Below, in pieces: positions 26,901 through 41,900 of a DNA stretch of 64,000 nt (the stretch's first letter is position 1; the number at the start of each line of letters is the position of its first letter). Origin of the DNA: Eledone cirrhosa (taxonomy: Eukaryota). The position numbers and the translations under genes are program-made. A model generated the notes under the pieces. The model did not search any database and had not been told where the DNA came from. It saw only the letters and a program-made list of their open reading frames with translations. The stretch is from positions 11,036,001 to 11,100,000 of the forward strand of contig OZ024764.1 in assembly GCA_964016885.1 (NCBI GenBank), written 5' to 3'.

Positions 26901-29900
26901 ACCAAGATGGCTAGCTTTCTGTTTTATGAAGAGTCTAAGGTGTAGAAAATGTGTTTGGATGGGCATGGATGGATTTGATGTAACCAAGATGATTAGCTTT
27001 CTGTTTTATGAAGAGTCTAAGGTGTAGAAAATGTGTTTGGATGGGCATGGATGGATTTGATGTAACCAAGATGATTAGCTTTCTGTTTTATGAAGAGTCT
27101 AAGGTGTAGAAAATGTGTTTGGATGGGCATGGATGGATTTGATGTAACCAAGATGATTAGCTTTCTGTTTTAAGAAGAGTCTAAGGTGTAGAAAATGTGT
27201 TTGGATGGGCATGGATGGATTTGATGTAACCAAGATGGTTAGCTTTCTGTTTTATGAAGAGTCTAAGGTGTAGAAAATGTGTTTGGATGGGCATGGATGG
27301 ATTTGATGTAACCAAGATGGTTAGCTTTCTGTTTTATGAAGAGTCTAAGGTGTAGAAAATGTGTTTGGATGGGCATGGATGGATTTGATGTAACCAAGAT
27401 GGTTAGCTTTCTGTTTTATGAAGAGTCTAAGGTGTAGAAAATGTGTTTGGATGGGCATGGATGGATTTGATGTAACCAAGATGGTTAGCTTTCTGTTTTA
27501 TGAAGAGTCTAAGGTGTAGAAAATATGTTTGGATGGGCATGGATGGATTTGATGTAACCAAGATGGTTAGCTTTCTGTTTTGTGAAGAGTCTAAGGTGTA
27601 GAAAATGTGTTTGGATGGGCATGGAAGGATTTGATGTAACCAAGATGGTTAGCTTTTCTGTTTTATGAAGGGTCTAAGGTGTAGAAAATGTGTTTGGATG
27701 GGCATGGATGGATTTGATGTAACCAAGATGGTTAGCTTTCTGTTTTATGAAGGGTCTAAGGTGTAGAAAATGTGTTTGGATGGGCATGGAAGGATTTGAT
27801 GTAACCAAGATGGTTAGCTTTTCTGTTTTATGAAGGGTCTAAGGTGTAGAAAATGTGTTTGGATGGGCATGGATGGATTTGATGTAACCAAGATGGTTAG
27901 CTTTCTGTTTTATGAAGAGTCAAAGGTGTAGGAAATGTGTTTGGATGGGCATGGATGGATTTGATGTAACCAAGATGGTTAGCTTTCTGTTTTATGAAGA
28001 GTCAAAGGTGTAGGAAATGTGTTTGGATGGGCATGGATGGATTTGATGTAACCAAGATGGTTAGCTTTTCTGTTTTATGAAGAGTCTAAGGTGTAGAAAA
28101 TGTGTTTGGATGGGCATGGATGGATTTGATGTAACCAAGATGGCTAGCTTTCTGTTTTATGAAGAGTCAAAGGTGTAGGAAATGTGTTTGGATGGGCATG
28201 GATGGATTTGATGTAACCAAGATGGTTAGCTTTCTGTTTTATGAAGAGTCAAAGGTGTAGGAAATGTGTTTGGATGGGCATGGATGGATTTGATGTAACC
28301 AAGATGGCTAGCTTTCTGTTTTATGAAGAGTCAAAGGTGTAGGAAATGTGTTTGGATGGGCATGGATGGATTTGATGTAACCAAGATGGTTAGCTTTCTG
28401 TTTTATGAAGAGTCAAAGGTGTAGGAAATGAGTTTGGATGGGCATGGATGGATTTGATGTAACCAAGATGGCTAGCTTTCTGTTTTATGAAGAGTCTAAG
28501 GTGTAGAAAATGTGTTTGGATGGGCATGGATGGATTTGATGTAACCAAGATGGTTAGCTTTCTGTTTTATGAAGAGTCTAAGGTGTAGAAAATGTGTTTG
28601 GATGGGCATGGATGGATTTGATGTAACCAAGATGGTTAGCTTTCTGTTTTATGAAGGGTCTAAGGTGTAGAAAATGTGTTTGGATGGGCATGGAAGGATT
28701 AGATGTAACCAAGATGGTTAGCTTTTCTGTTTTATGAAGGGTCTAAGGTGTAGAAAATGTGTTTGGATGGGCATGGATGGATTAGATGTAACCAAGATGG
28801 TTAGCTTTTCTGTTTTATGAAGGGTCTAAGGTGTAGGAAATGTGTTTGGATGGGCATGGAAGGATTAGATGTAACCAAGATGGTTAGCTTTTCTGTTTTA
28901 TGAAGGGTCTAAGGTGTAGAAAATGTGTTTGGATGGGCATGGATGGATTAGATGTAACCAAGATGGTTAGCTTTCTGTTTTATGAAGAGTCTAAGGTGTA
29001 GGAAATGTGTTTGGATGGGCATGGAAGGATTAGATGTACCCAAGATGGTTAGCTTTCTGTTTTATGAAGAGTCTAAGGTGTAGAAAATGTGTTTGGATGG
29101 GCATGGAAGGATTAGATGTACCCAAGATGGTTAGCTTTCTGTTTTATGAAGAGTCTAAGGTGTAGGAAATGTGTTTGGATGGGCATGGAAGGATTAGATG
29201 TACCCAAGATGGTTAGCTTTCTGTTTTATGAAGAGTCTAAGGTGTAGAAAATGTGTTTGGATGGGCATGGAAGGATTAGATGTACCCAAGATGGTTAGCT
29301 TTCTGTTTTATGAAGAGTCTAAGGTGTAGGAAATGTGTTTGGATGGGCATGGAAGGATTAGATGTAACCAAGATGGTTAGCTTTCTGTTTTATGAAGAGT
29401 CTAAGGTGTAGGAAATGTGTTTGGATGGGCATGGAAGGATTAGATGTAACCAAGATGGTTAGCTTTCTGTTTTATGAAGAGTCTAAGGTGTAGGAAATGT
29501 GTTTGGATGGGCATGGAAGGATTAGATGTACCCAAGATGGTTAGCTTTCTGTTTTATGAAGAGTCTAAGGTGTAGGAAATGTGTTTGGATGGGCATGGAA
29601 GGATTAGATGTACCCAAGATGGTTAGCTTTCTGTTTTATGAAGAGTCTAAGGTGTAGGAAATGTGTTTGGATGGGCATGGAAGGATTAGATGTACCCAAG
29701 ATGGTTAGCTTTCTGTTTTATGAAGAGTCTAAGGTGTAGGAAATGTGTTTGGATGGGCATGGAAGGATTAGATGTAACCAAGATGGTTAGCTTTCTGTTT
29801 TATGAAGAGTCTAAGGTGTAGGAAATGTGTTTGGATGGGCATGGAAGGATTAGATGTACCCAAGATGGTTAGCTTTCTGTTTTATGAAGAGTCTAAGGTG

Positions 29901-32900
29901 TAGGAAATGTGTTTGGATGGGCATGGAAGGATTAGATGTACCCAAGATGGTTAGCTTTCTGTTTTATGAAGAGTCTAAGGTGTAGGAAATGTGTTTGGAT
30001 GGGCATGGAAGGATTAGATGTACCCAAGATGGTTAGCTTTCTGTTTTATGAAGAGTCTAAGGTGTAGGAAATGTGTTTGGATGGGCATGGAAGGATTAGA
30101 TGTAACCAAGATGGTTAGCTTTCTGTTTTATGAAGAGTCTAAGGTGTAGGAAATGTGTTTGGATGGGCATGGAAGGATTAGATGTAACCAAGATGGTTAG
30201 CTTTCTGTTTTATGAAGGGTCTAAGGTGTAGAAAATGTGTTTGGATGGGCATGGAAGGATTAGATGTACCCAAGATGGTTAGCTTTCTGTTTTATGAAGA
30301 GTCTAAGGTGTAGGAAATGTGTTTGGATGGGCATGGATGGATTAGATGTACCCAAGATGGTTAGCTTTCTGTTTTATGAAGAGTCTAAGGTGTAGGAAAT
30401 GTGTTTGGATGGGCATGGAAGGATTAGATGTACCCAAGATGGTTAGCTTTCTGTTTTATGAAGAGTCTAAGGTGTAGAAAATGTGTTTGGATGGGCATGG
30501 ATGGATTTGATGTACCCAAGATGGTTAGCTTTCTGTTTTATGAAGAGTCTAAGGTGTAGGAAATGTGTTTGGATGGGCATGGAAGGATTAGATGTACCCA
30601 AGATGGTTAGCTTTCTGTTTTATGAAGAGTCTAAGGTGTAGAAAATGTGTTTGGATGGGCATGGAAGGATTAGATGTACCCAAGATGGTTAGCTTTCTGT
30701 TTTATGAAGAGTCTAAGGTGTAGGAAATGTGTTTGGATGGGCATGGAAGGATTAGATGTAACCAAGATGGTTAGCTTTCTGTTTTATGAAGAGTCTAAGG
30801 TGTAGGAAATGTGTTTGGATGGGCATGGAAGGATTAGATGTAACCAAGATGGTTAGCTTTCTGTTTTATGAAGGGTCTAAGGTGTAGAAAATGTGTTTGG
30901 ATGGGCATGGAAGGATTAGATGTACCCAAGATGGTTAGCTTTCTGTTTTATGAAGAGTCTAAGGTGTAGGAAATGTGTTTGGATGGGCATGGATGGATTA
31001 GATGTACCCAAGATGGTTAGCTTTCTGTTTTATGAAGAGTCTAAGGTGTAGGAAATGTGTTTGGATGGGCATGGAAGGATTAGATGTACCCAAGATGGTT
31101 AGCTTTCTGTTTTATGAAGAGTCTAAGGTGTAGAAAATGTGTTTGGATGGGCATGGATGGATTTGATGTACCCAAGATGGTTAGCTTTCTGTTTTATGAA
31201 GAGTCTAAGGTGTAGGAAATGTGTTTGGATGGGCATGGAAGGATTAGATGTACCCAAGATGGTTAGCTTTCTGTTTTATGAAGAGTCTAAGGTGTAGAAA
31301 ATGTGTTTGGATGGGCATGGATGGATTTGATGTACCCAAGATGGTTAGCTTTCTGTTTTATGAAGAGTCTAAGGTGTAGGAAATGTGTTTGGATGGGCAT
31401 GGATGGATTAGATGTAACCAAGATGGTTAGCTTTCTGTTTTATGAAGAGTCTAAGGTGTAGGAAATGTGTTTGGATGGGCATGGATGGATTAGATGTAAC
31501 CAAGATGGTTAGCTTTTCTGTTTTATGAAGGGTCTAAGGTATAGAAAATGTGTTTGGATGGGCATGGAAGGATTAGATGTAACCAAGATGGCTAGCTTTC
31601 TGTTTTGTGAAGAGTCTAAGGTGTAGGAAATGTGTTTGGATGGGCATAGATGGATTAGATGTAACCAAGATGGTTGGATTTCTGTTTTATGAAGAGTCTA
31701 AAGTGTAGAAAATGTGTTTGGATGGGCATGGATGGATTAGATGTAACCAAGATGGCTAGCTTTCTGTTTTATGAAGAGTCTAAGGTGTAGGAAATGTGTT
31801 TGGATGGGCATGGAAGGATTAGATGTACCCAAGATGGTTAGCTTTCTGTTTTATGAAGGGTCTAAGGTGTAGGAAATGTGTTTGGATGGGCATGGAAGGA
31901 TTAGATGTACCCAAGATGGTTAGCTTTCTGTTTTATGAAGAGTCTAAGGTGTAGAAAATGTGTTTGGATGGGCATGGATGGATTTGATGTACCCAAGATG
32001 GTTAGCTTTCTGTTTTATGAAGAGTCTAAGGTGTAGGAAATGTGTTTGGATGGGCATGGAAGGATTAGATGTACCCAAGATGGTTAGCTTTCTGTTTTAT
32101 GAAGAGTCTAAGGTGTAGAAAATGTGTTTGGATGGGCATGGATGGATTTGATGTACCCAAGATGGTTAGCTTTCTGTTTTATGAAGAGTCTAAGGTGTAG
32201 GAAATGTGTTTGGATGGGCATGGATGGATTAGATGTAACCAAGATGGTTAGCTTTCTGTTTTATGATGAGTCTAAGGTGTAGGAAATGTGTTTGGATGGG
32301 CATGGATGGATTAGATGTAACCAAGATGGTTAGCTTTTCTGTTTTATGAAGGGTCTAAGGTATAGAAAATGTGTTTGGATGGGCATGGAAGGATTAGATG
32401 TAACCAAGATGGCTAGCTTTCTGTTTTGTGAAGAGTCTAAGGTGTAGGAAATGTGTTTGGATGGGCATGGATGGATTTGATGTACCCAAGATGGTTAGCT
32501 TTCTGTTTTGTGAAGAGTCTAAGGTGTAGGAAATGTGTTTGGATGGGCATGGATGGATTAGATGTAACCAAGATGGTTGGATTTCTGTTTTATGAAGAGT
32601 CTAAAGTGTAGAAAATGTGTTTGGATGGGCATGGATGGATTAGATGTAACCAAGATGGCTAGCTTTCTGTTTTATGAAGAGTCTAAGGTGTAGAAAATGT
32701 GTTTGGATGGGCATGGATGGATTTGATGTACCCAAGATGGTTAGCTTTCTGTTTTGTGAAGAGTCTAAGGTGTAGGAAATGTGTTTGGATGGGCATGGAT
32801 GGATTAGATGTAACCAAGATGGTTAGCTTTCTGTTTTGTGAAGAGTCTAAGGTGTAGGAAATGTGTTTGGATGGGCATGGATGGATTTGATGTAACCAAG

Positions 32901-35900
32901 ATGGTTAGCTTTCTGTTTTGTGAAGAGTCTAAGGTGTAGGAAATGTGTTTGGATGGGCATGGATGGATTAGATGTAACCAAGATGGTTGGATTTCTGTTT
33001 TATGAAGAGTCTAAGGTGTAGGAAATGTGTTTGGATGGGCATGGATGGATTAGATGTAACCAAGATGGTTAGCTTTCTGTTTTGTGAAGAGTCTAAGGTG
33101 TAGGAAATGTGTTTGGATGGGCATGGATGGATTAGATGTAACCGAGATGGTTGGATTTCTGTTTTATGAAGAGTCTAAGGTGTAGGAAATGTGTTTGGAT
33201 GGGCATGGATGGATTAGATGTAACCGAGATGGTTGGATTTCTGTTTTATGAAGAGTCTAAGGTGTAGGAAATGTGTTTGGATGGGCATGGATGGATTAGA
33301 TGTAACCAAGATGGTTAGCTTTCTGTTTTGTGAAGAGTCTAAGGTGTAGGAAATGTGTTTGGATGGGCATGGATGGATTAGATGTAACCGAGATGGTTGG
33401 ATTTCTGTTTTATGAAGAGTCTAAGGTGTAGGAAATGTGTTTGGATGGGCATGGATGGATTAGATGTAACCAAGATGGTTAGCTTTCTGTTTTATGAAGG
33501 GTCTAAAGTGTAGAAAATGTGTTTGGATGGGCATGGAAGGATTAGATGTAACCAAGATGGTTGGATTTCTGTTTTACAAAGAGTCTAAGGTGTAGAAAAT
33601 GTGCTTGGATGGGCATGGAAGGATTTGATGTAACCAAGATGGTTAGCTTTCTGTTTTATGAAGAGTCTAAGGTGTAGAAAATGTGTTTGGATGGGCATGG
33701 AAGGATTAGATGTAACCAAGATGGCTAGCTTTCTGTTTTATGAAGAGTCTAAGGTGTAGGAAATGTGTTTGGATGGGCATGGATGGATTTGATGTAACCA
33801 AGATGGTTAGCTTTTGTTTTATGAAGGGTCTAAGGTGTAGAAAATGTGTTTGGATGGGCATGGATGGATTTGATGTAACCAAGATGGCTAGCTTTCTGTT
33901 TTATGAAGAGTCTAAGGTGTAGGAAATGTGTTTGGATGGGCATGGATGGATTAGATGTAACCAAGATGGTTAGCTTTCTGTTTTATGAAGAGTCTAAGGT
34001 GTAGGAAATGTGTTTGGATGGGCATGGATGGATTAGATGTAACCAAGATGATTAGCTTTCTGTTTTATGAAGGGTCTAAGGTATAGAAAATGTGTTTGGA
34101 TGGGCATGGAAGGATTAGATGTAACCAAGATGGTTAGCTTTCTGTTTTATGAAGAGTCTAAGGTGTAGAAAATGTGTTTGGATGGGCATGGATGGATTAG
34201 ATGTAACCAAGATGGTTAGCTTTCTGTTTTATGAAGAGTCTAAGGTGTAGAAAATGTGTTTGGATGGGCATGGAAGGATTAGATGTAACCAAGATGGTTA
34301 GCTTTCTGTTTTATGAAGAGTCTAAGGTGTAGAAAATGTGTTTGGATGGGCATGGAAGGATTAGATGTAACCAAGATGGCTAGCTTTCTGTTTTATGAAG
34401 AGTCTAAGGTGTAGGAAATGTGTTTGGATGGGCATGGATGGATTTGTTGTAACCAAGATGGTTAGCTTTCTGTTTTATGAAGGGTCTAAGGTGTAGGAAA
34501 TGTGTTTGGATGGGCATGGATGGATTTGATGTAACCAAGATGATTAGCTTTCTGTTTTATGAAGAGTCTAAGGTGTAGAAAATGTGTTTGGATGGGCATG
34601 GAAGGATTAGATGTAACCAAGATGGCTAGCTTTCTGTTTTATGAAGAGTCTAAGGTGTAGGAAATGTGTTTGGATGGGCATGGATGGATTTGTTGTAACC
34701 AAGATGGTTAGCTTTCTGTTTTATGAAGGGTCTAAGGTGTAGGAAATGTGTTTGGATGGGCATGGAAGGATTAGATGTAACCAAGATGGCTAGCTTTCTG
34801 TTTTATGAAGAGTCTAAGGTGTAGGAAATGTGTTTGGATGGGCATGGATGGATTTGTTGTAACCAAGATGGTTAGCTTTCTGTTTTATGAACAGTCTAAG
34901 GTGTAGGAAATGTGTTTGGATGGGCATGGAAGGATTAGATGTAACCAAGATGGCTAGCTTTCTGTTTTATGAAGAGTCTAAGGTGTAGAAAATGTGTTTG
35001 GATGGGCATGGATGGATTAGATGTAACCAAGATGGTTAGCTTTCTGTTTTATGAAGGGTCTAAGGTGTAGAAAATGTGTTTGGATGGGCATGGATGGATT
35101 AGATGTAACCAAGATGGTTAGCTTTCTGTTTTATGAAGGGTCTAAGGTGTAGAAAATGTGTTTGGATGGGCATGGATGGATTAGATGTAACCAAGATGGT
35201 TAGCTTTCTGTTTTATGAAGGGTCTAAGGTGTAGAAAATGTGTTTGGATGGGCATGGATGGATTAGATGTAACCAAGATGGTTAGCTTTCTGTTTTATGA
35301 AGGGTCTAAGGTGTAGAAAATGTGTTTGGATGGGCATGGATGGATTAGATGTAACCAAGATGGTTAGCTTTCTGTTTTATGAAGGGTCTAAGGTGTAGAA
35401 AATGTGTTTGGATGGGCATGGATGGATTAGATGTAACCAAGATGGTTAGATTTCTGTTTTATGAAGGGTCTAAGGTGTAGAAAATGTGTTTGGATGGGCA
35501 TGGATGGATTAGATGTAACCAAGATGGTTAGCTTTCTGTTTTATGAAGGGTCTAAGGTGTAGAAAATGTGTTTGGATGGGCATGGAAGGATTAGATGTAA
35601 CCAAGATGGTTGGATTTCTGTTTTATGAAGAGTCTAAGGTGTAGAAAATGTGTTTGGATGGGCATGGAAGGATTAGATGTAACCAAGATGGTTAGCTTTC
35701 TGTTTTATGAAGAGTCTAAGGTGTAGGAAATGTGTTTGGATGGGCATGGATGGATTAGATGTAACCAAGATGGTTAGCTTTTCTGTTTTATGAAGGGTCT
35801 AAGGTATAGAAAATGTGTTTGGATGGGCATGGAAGGATTAGATGTAACCAAGATGGCTAGCTTTCTGTTTTATGAAGAGTCTAAGGTGTAGGAAATGTGT

Positions 35901-38900
35901 TTGGATGGGCATGGATGGATTAGATGTAACCAAGATGGTTAGCTTTCTGTTTTATGAAGAGTCTAAGGTGTAGGAAATGTGTTTGGATGGGCATGGAAGG
36001 ATTAGATGTAACCAAGATGGTTAGCTTTCTGTTTTATGAAGAGTCTAAGGTGTAGGAAATGTGTTTGGATGGGCATGGATGGATTAGATGTAACCAAGAT
36101 GGTTAGCTTTTCTGTTTTATGAAGGGTCTAAGGTATAGAAAATGTGTTTGGATGGGCATGGAAGGATTAGATGTAACCAAGATGGCTAGCTTTCTGTTTT
36201 GTGAAGAGTCTAAGGTGTAGGAAATGTGTTTGGATGGGCATGGATGGATTAGATGTAACCAAGATGGTTAGCTTTCTGTTTTATGAAGAGTCTAAGGTGT
36301 AGGAAATGTGTTTGGATGGGCATGGAAGGATTAGATGTAACCAAGATGGTTAGCTTTCTGTTTTATGAAGAGTCTAAGGTGTAGGAAATGTGTTTGGATG
36401 GGCATGGATGGATTAGATGTAACCAAGATGGTTAGCTTTTCTGTTTTATGAAGGGTCTAAGGTGTAGAAAATGTGTTTGGATGGGCATGGAAGGATTAGA
36501 TGTAACCAAGATGGCTAGCTTTCTGTTTTGTGAAGAGTCTAAGGTGTAGGAAATGTGTTTGGATGGGCATGGATGGATTAGATGTAACCAAGATGGTTAG
36601 CTTTCTGTTTTATGAAGAGTCTAAAGTGTAGAAAATGTGTTTGGATGGGCATGGATGGATTAGATGTAACCAAGATGGCTAGCTTTCTGTTTTGTGAAGA
36701 GTCTAAGGTGTAGGAAATGTGTTTGGATGGGCATGGATGGATTAGATGTAACCAAGATGGTTAGCTTTCTGTTTTATGAAGAGTCTAAAGTGTAGAAAAT
36801 GTGTTTGGATGGGCATGGATGGATTAGATGTAACCAAGATGGCTAGCTTTCTGTTTTGTGAAGAGTCTAAGGTGTAGGAAATGTGTTTGGATGGGCATGG
36901 ATGGATTAGATGTAACCAAGATGGCTAGCTTTCTGTTTTATGAAGAGTCTAAGGTGTAGGAAATGTGTTTGGATGGGCATGGATGGATTAGATGTAACCA
37001 AGATGATTAGCTTTCTGTTTTATGAAGAGTCTAAGGTGTAGGAAATGTGTTTGGATGGGCATGGATGGATTAGATGTAACCAAGATGATTAGCTTTCTGT
37101 TTTATGAAGAGTCTAAGGTGTAGGAAATGTGTTTGGATGGGCATGGAAGGATTAGATGTAACCAAGATGGTTGGATTTCTGTTTTATGAAGAGTCTAAAG
37201 TGTAGAAAATGTGTTTGGATGGGCATGGATGGATTTGATGTAACCAAGATGGTTAGCTTTCTGTTTTGTGAAGAGTCTAAGGTGTAGGAAATGTGTTTGG
37301 ATGGGCATGGATGGATTAGATGTAACCAAGATGGCTAGCTTTCTGTTTTGTGAAGAGTCTAAGGTGTAGGAAATGTGTTTGGATGGGCATGGATGGATTA
37401 GATGTAACCAAGATGGCTAGCTTTCTGTTTTATGAAGAGTCTAAGGTGTAGGAAATGTGTTTGGATGGGCATGGATGGATTAGATGTAACCAAGATGGTT
37501 GGATTTCTGTTTTATGAAGAGTCTAAAGTGTAGAAAATGTGTTTGGATGGGCATGGATGGATTAGATGTAACCAAGATGGTTGGATTTCTGTTTTACGAA
37601 GAGTCTAAGGTGTAGAAAATGTGTTTGGATGGGCATGGATGGATTAGATGTAACCAAGATGGTTGGATTTCTGTTTTATGAAGGGTCTAAGGTGTAGAAA
37701 ATGTGTTTGGATGGGCATGGATGGATTTGATGTAACCAAGATGGTTAGCTTTCTGTTTTATGAAGAGTCTAAAGTGTAGAAAATGTGCTTGGATGGGCAT
37801 GGAAGGATTTGATGTAACCAAGATGGTTAGCTTTCTGTTTTATGAAGAGTCTAAGGTGTAGAAAATGTGTTTGGATGGGCATGGATGGATTAGATGTAAC
37901 CAAGATGGCTAGCTTTTGTTTTATGAAGGGTCTAAGGTGTAGGAAATGTGTTTGGATGGGCATGGATGGATTTGATGTAACCAAGATGGTTAGCTTTTGT
38001 TTTATGAAGGGTCTAAGGTGTAGAAAATGTGTTTGGATGGGCATGGATGGATTTGATGTAACCAAGATGGCTAGCTTTCTGTTTTATGAAGAGTCTAAGG
38101 TGTAGAAAATGTGTTTGGATGGGCATGGATGGATTAGATGTAACCAAGATGATTAGCTTTCTGTTTTATGAAGGGTCTAAGGTATAGAAAATGTCTTTGG
38201 ATGGGCATGGAAGGATTAGATGTAACCAAGATGGTTAGCTTTCTGTTTTGTGAAGAGTCTAAGGTGTAGAAAATGTGTTTGGATGGGCATGGATGGATTA
38301 GATGTAACCAAGATGTCTAGCTTTCTGTTTTATGAAGAGTCTAAGGTGTAGAAAATGTGTTTGGATGGGCATGGATGGATTTGATGTAACCAAGATGATT
38401 AGCTTTCTGTTTTATGAAGAGTCTAAGGTGTAGGAAATGTGTTTGGATGGGCATGGATGGATTTGATGTAACCAAGATGTCTAGCTTTCTGTTTTATGAA
38501 GAGTCTAAGGTGTAGAAAATGTGTTTGGATGGGCATGGATGGATTTGATGTAACCAAGATGTCTAGCTTTCTGTTTTATGAAGAGTCTAAGGTGTAGAAA
38601 ATGTGTTTGGATGGGCATGGATGGATTTGATGTAACCAAGATGATTAGCTTTCTGTTTTATGAAGAGTCTAAGGTGTAGGAAATGTGTTTGGATGGGCAT
38701 GGATGGATTTGATGTAACCAAGATGTCTAGCTTTCTGTTTTATGAAGAGTCTAAGGTGTAGAAAATGTGTTTGGATGGGCATGGATGGATTTGATGTAAC
38801 CAAGATGTCTAGCTTTCTGTTTTATGAAGAGTCTAAGGTGTAGAAAATGTGTTTGGATGGGCATGGATGGATTTGATGTAACCAAGATGTCTAGCTTTCT

Positions 38901-41900
38901 GTTTTATGAAGAGTCTAAGGTGTAGAAAATGTGTTTGGATGGGCATGGATGGATTTGATGTAACCAAGATGATTAGCTTTCTGTTTTATGAAGGGTCTAA
39001 GGTATAGAAAATGTGTTTGGATGGGCATGGAAGGATTAGATGTAACCAAGATGGTTAGCTTTCTGTTTTATGAAGAGTCTAAGGTATAGAAAATGTGTTT
39101 GGATGGGCATGGATGGATTTGATGTAACCAAGATGGTTGGATTTCTGTTTTATGAAGAGTCTAAAGTGTAGAAAATGTGTTTGGATGGGCATGGATGGAT
39201 TTGATGTAACCAAGATGGTTAGCTTTCTGTTTTATGAAGAGTCTAAGGTGTAGAAAATGTGTTTGGATGGGCATGGATGGATTTGATGTAACCAAGATGG
39301 CTAGCTTTCTGTTTTATGAAGGGTCTAAGGTGTAGGAAATGTGTTTGGATGGGCATGGATGGATTTGATGTAACCAAGATGGTTAGCTTTCTGTTTTATG
39401 AAGAGTCTAAGGTGTAGGAAATGTGTTTGGATGGGCATGGAAGGATTTGATGTAACCAAGATGGTTAGCTTTCTGTTTTATGAAGAGTCTAAGGTGTAGA
39501 AAATGTGTTTGGATGGGCATGGATGGATTAGATGTAACCAAGATGGCTAGCTTTCTGTGTTATGAAGAGTCTAAGGTGTAGAAAATGTGTTTGGATGGGC
39601 ATGGATGGATTAGATGTAACCAAGATGGTTGGATTTCTGTTTTATGAAGAGTCTAAAGTGTAGAAAATGTGTTTGGATGGGCATGGATGGATTAGATGTA
39701 ACCAAGATGGTTAGCTTTCTGTTTTATGAAGAGTCTAAGGTGTAGGAAATGTGTTTGGATGGGCATGGATGGATTTGATGTAACCAAGATGGCTAGCTTT
39801 CTGTTTTATGAAGAGTCTAAGGTGTAGAAAATGTGTTTGGATGGGCATGGATGGATTTGATGTAACCAAGATGGTTAGCTTTCTGTTTTATGAAGAGTCT
39901 AAGGTGTAGGAAATGTGTTTGGATGGGCATGGATGGATTAGATGTAACCAAGATGGTTAGATTTCTGTTTTATGAAGAGTCTAAGGTGTAGAAAATGTGT
40001 TTGGATGGGCATGGATGGATTAGATGTAACCAAGATGGTTGGATTTCTGTTTTACGAAGAGTCTAAGGTGTAGAAAATGTGCTTGGATGGGCATGGAAGG
40101 ATTTGATGTAACCAAGATGGTTAGCTTTCTGTTTTATGAAGAGTCTAAGGTGTAGAAAATGTGTTTGGATGGGCATGGATGGATTTGATGTAACCAAGAT
40201 GGTTAGCTTTCTGTTTTATGAAGAGTCTAAGGTGTAGAAAATGTGTTTGGATGGGCATGGACGGATTTGATGTAACCAAGATGGTTAGCTTTCTGTTTTA
40301 TGAAGAGTCTAAGGTGTAGAAAATGTGTTTGGATGGGCATGGATGGATTTGATGTAACCAAGACGGTTAGCTTTCTGTTTTATGAAGAGTCTAAGGTGTA
40401 GGAAATGTGTTTGGATGGGCATGGAAGGATTTGATGTAACCAAGATGGTTAGCTTTCTGTTTTATGAAGAGTCTAAGGTGTAGAAAATGTGTTTGGATGG
40501 GCATGGATGGATTAGATGTAACCAAGATGGCTAGCTTTCTGTTTTATGAAGAGTCTAAGGTGTAGAAAATGTGTTTGGATGGGCATGGATGGATTAGATG
40601 TAACCAAGATGGCTAGCTTTCTGTTTTGTGAAGAGTCTAAGGTGTAGGAAATGTGTTTGGATGGGCATGGATGGATTAGATGTAACCAAGATGGTTGGAT
40701 TTGTTTTATGAAGAGTCTAAAGTGTAGAAAATGTGTTTGGATGGGCATGGATGGATTAGATGTAACCAAGATGGTTGGATTTCTGTTTTACGAAGAGTCT
40801 AAGGTGTAGAAAATGTGCTTGGATGGGCATGGAAGGATTTGATGTAACCAAGATGGTTAGCTTTCTGTTTTATGAAGAGTCTAAGGTGTAGAAAATGTGT
40901 TTGGATGGGCATGGATGGATTAGATGTAACCAAGATGGCTAGCTTTCTGTTTTATGAAGAGTCTAAGGTGTAGGAAATGTGTTTGGATGGGCATGGATGG
41001 ATTTGATGTAACCAAGATGGTTAGCTTTCTGTTTTGTGAAGAGTCTAAGGTGTAGGAAATGTGTTTGGATGGGCATGGATGGATTTGATGTAACCAAGAT
41101 GGTTAGCTTTCTGTTTTATGAAGAGTCTAAAGTGTAGAAAATGTGTTTGGATGGGCATGGAAGGATTTGATGTAACCAAGATGGTTAGCTTTCTGTTTTA
41201 TGAAGAGTCTAAGGTGTAGAAAATGTGTTTGGATGGGCATGGAAGGATTTGATGTAACCAAGATGGTTAGCTTTCTGTTTTATGAAGAGTCTAAAGTGTA
41301 GAAAATGTGTTTGGATGGGCATGGAAGGATTTGATGTAACCAAGATGGTTAGCTTTCTGTTTTATGAAGAGTCTAAAGTGTAGAAAATGTGTTTGGATGG
41401 GCATGGAAGGATTTGATGTAACCAAGATGGTTAGCTTTCTGTTTTATGAAGAGTCTAAGGTGTAGAAAATGTGTTTGGATGGGCATGGCAGGATTAGATG
41501 TACCCAAGATGGTTAGCTTTCTGTTTTATGAAGAGTCTAAAGTGTAGAAAATGTGTTTGGATGGGCATGGATGGATTAGATGTAACCAAGATGGTTAGCT
41601 TTCTGTTTTATGAAGAGTCTAAGGTGTAGAAAATGTGTTTGGATGGGCATGGATGGATTTGATGTAACCAAGATGGCTAGCTTTCTGTTTTATGAAGAGT
41701 CTAAGGTGTAGAAAATGTGTTTGGATGGGCATGGATGGATTTGATGTAACCAAGATGGTTAGCTTTCTGTTTTATGAAGAGTCTAAGGTGTAGGAAATGT
41801 GTTTGGATGGGCATGGAAGGATTTGATGTAACCAAGATGGTTAGCTTTCTGTTTTATGAAGAGTCTAAGGTGTAGAAAATGTGTTTGGATGGGCATGGAT

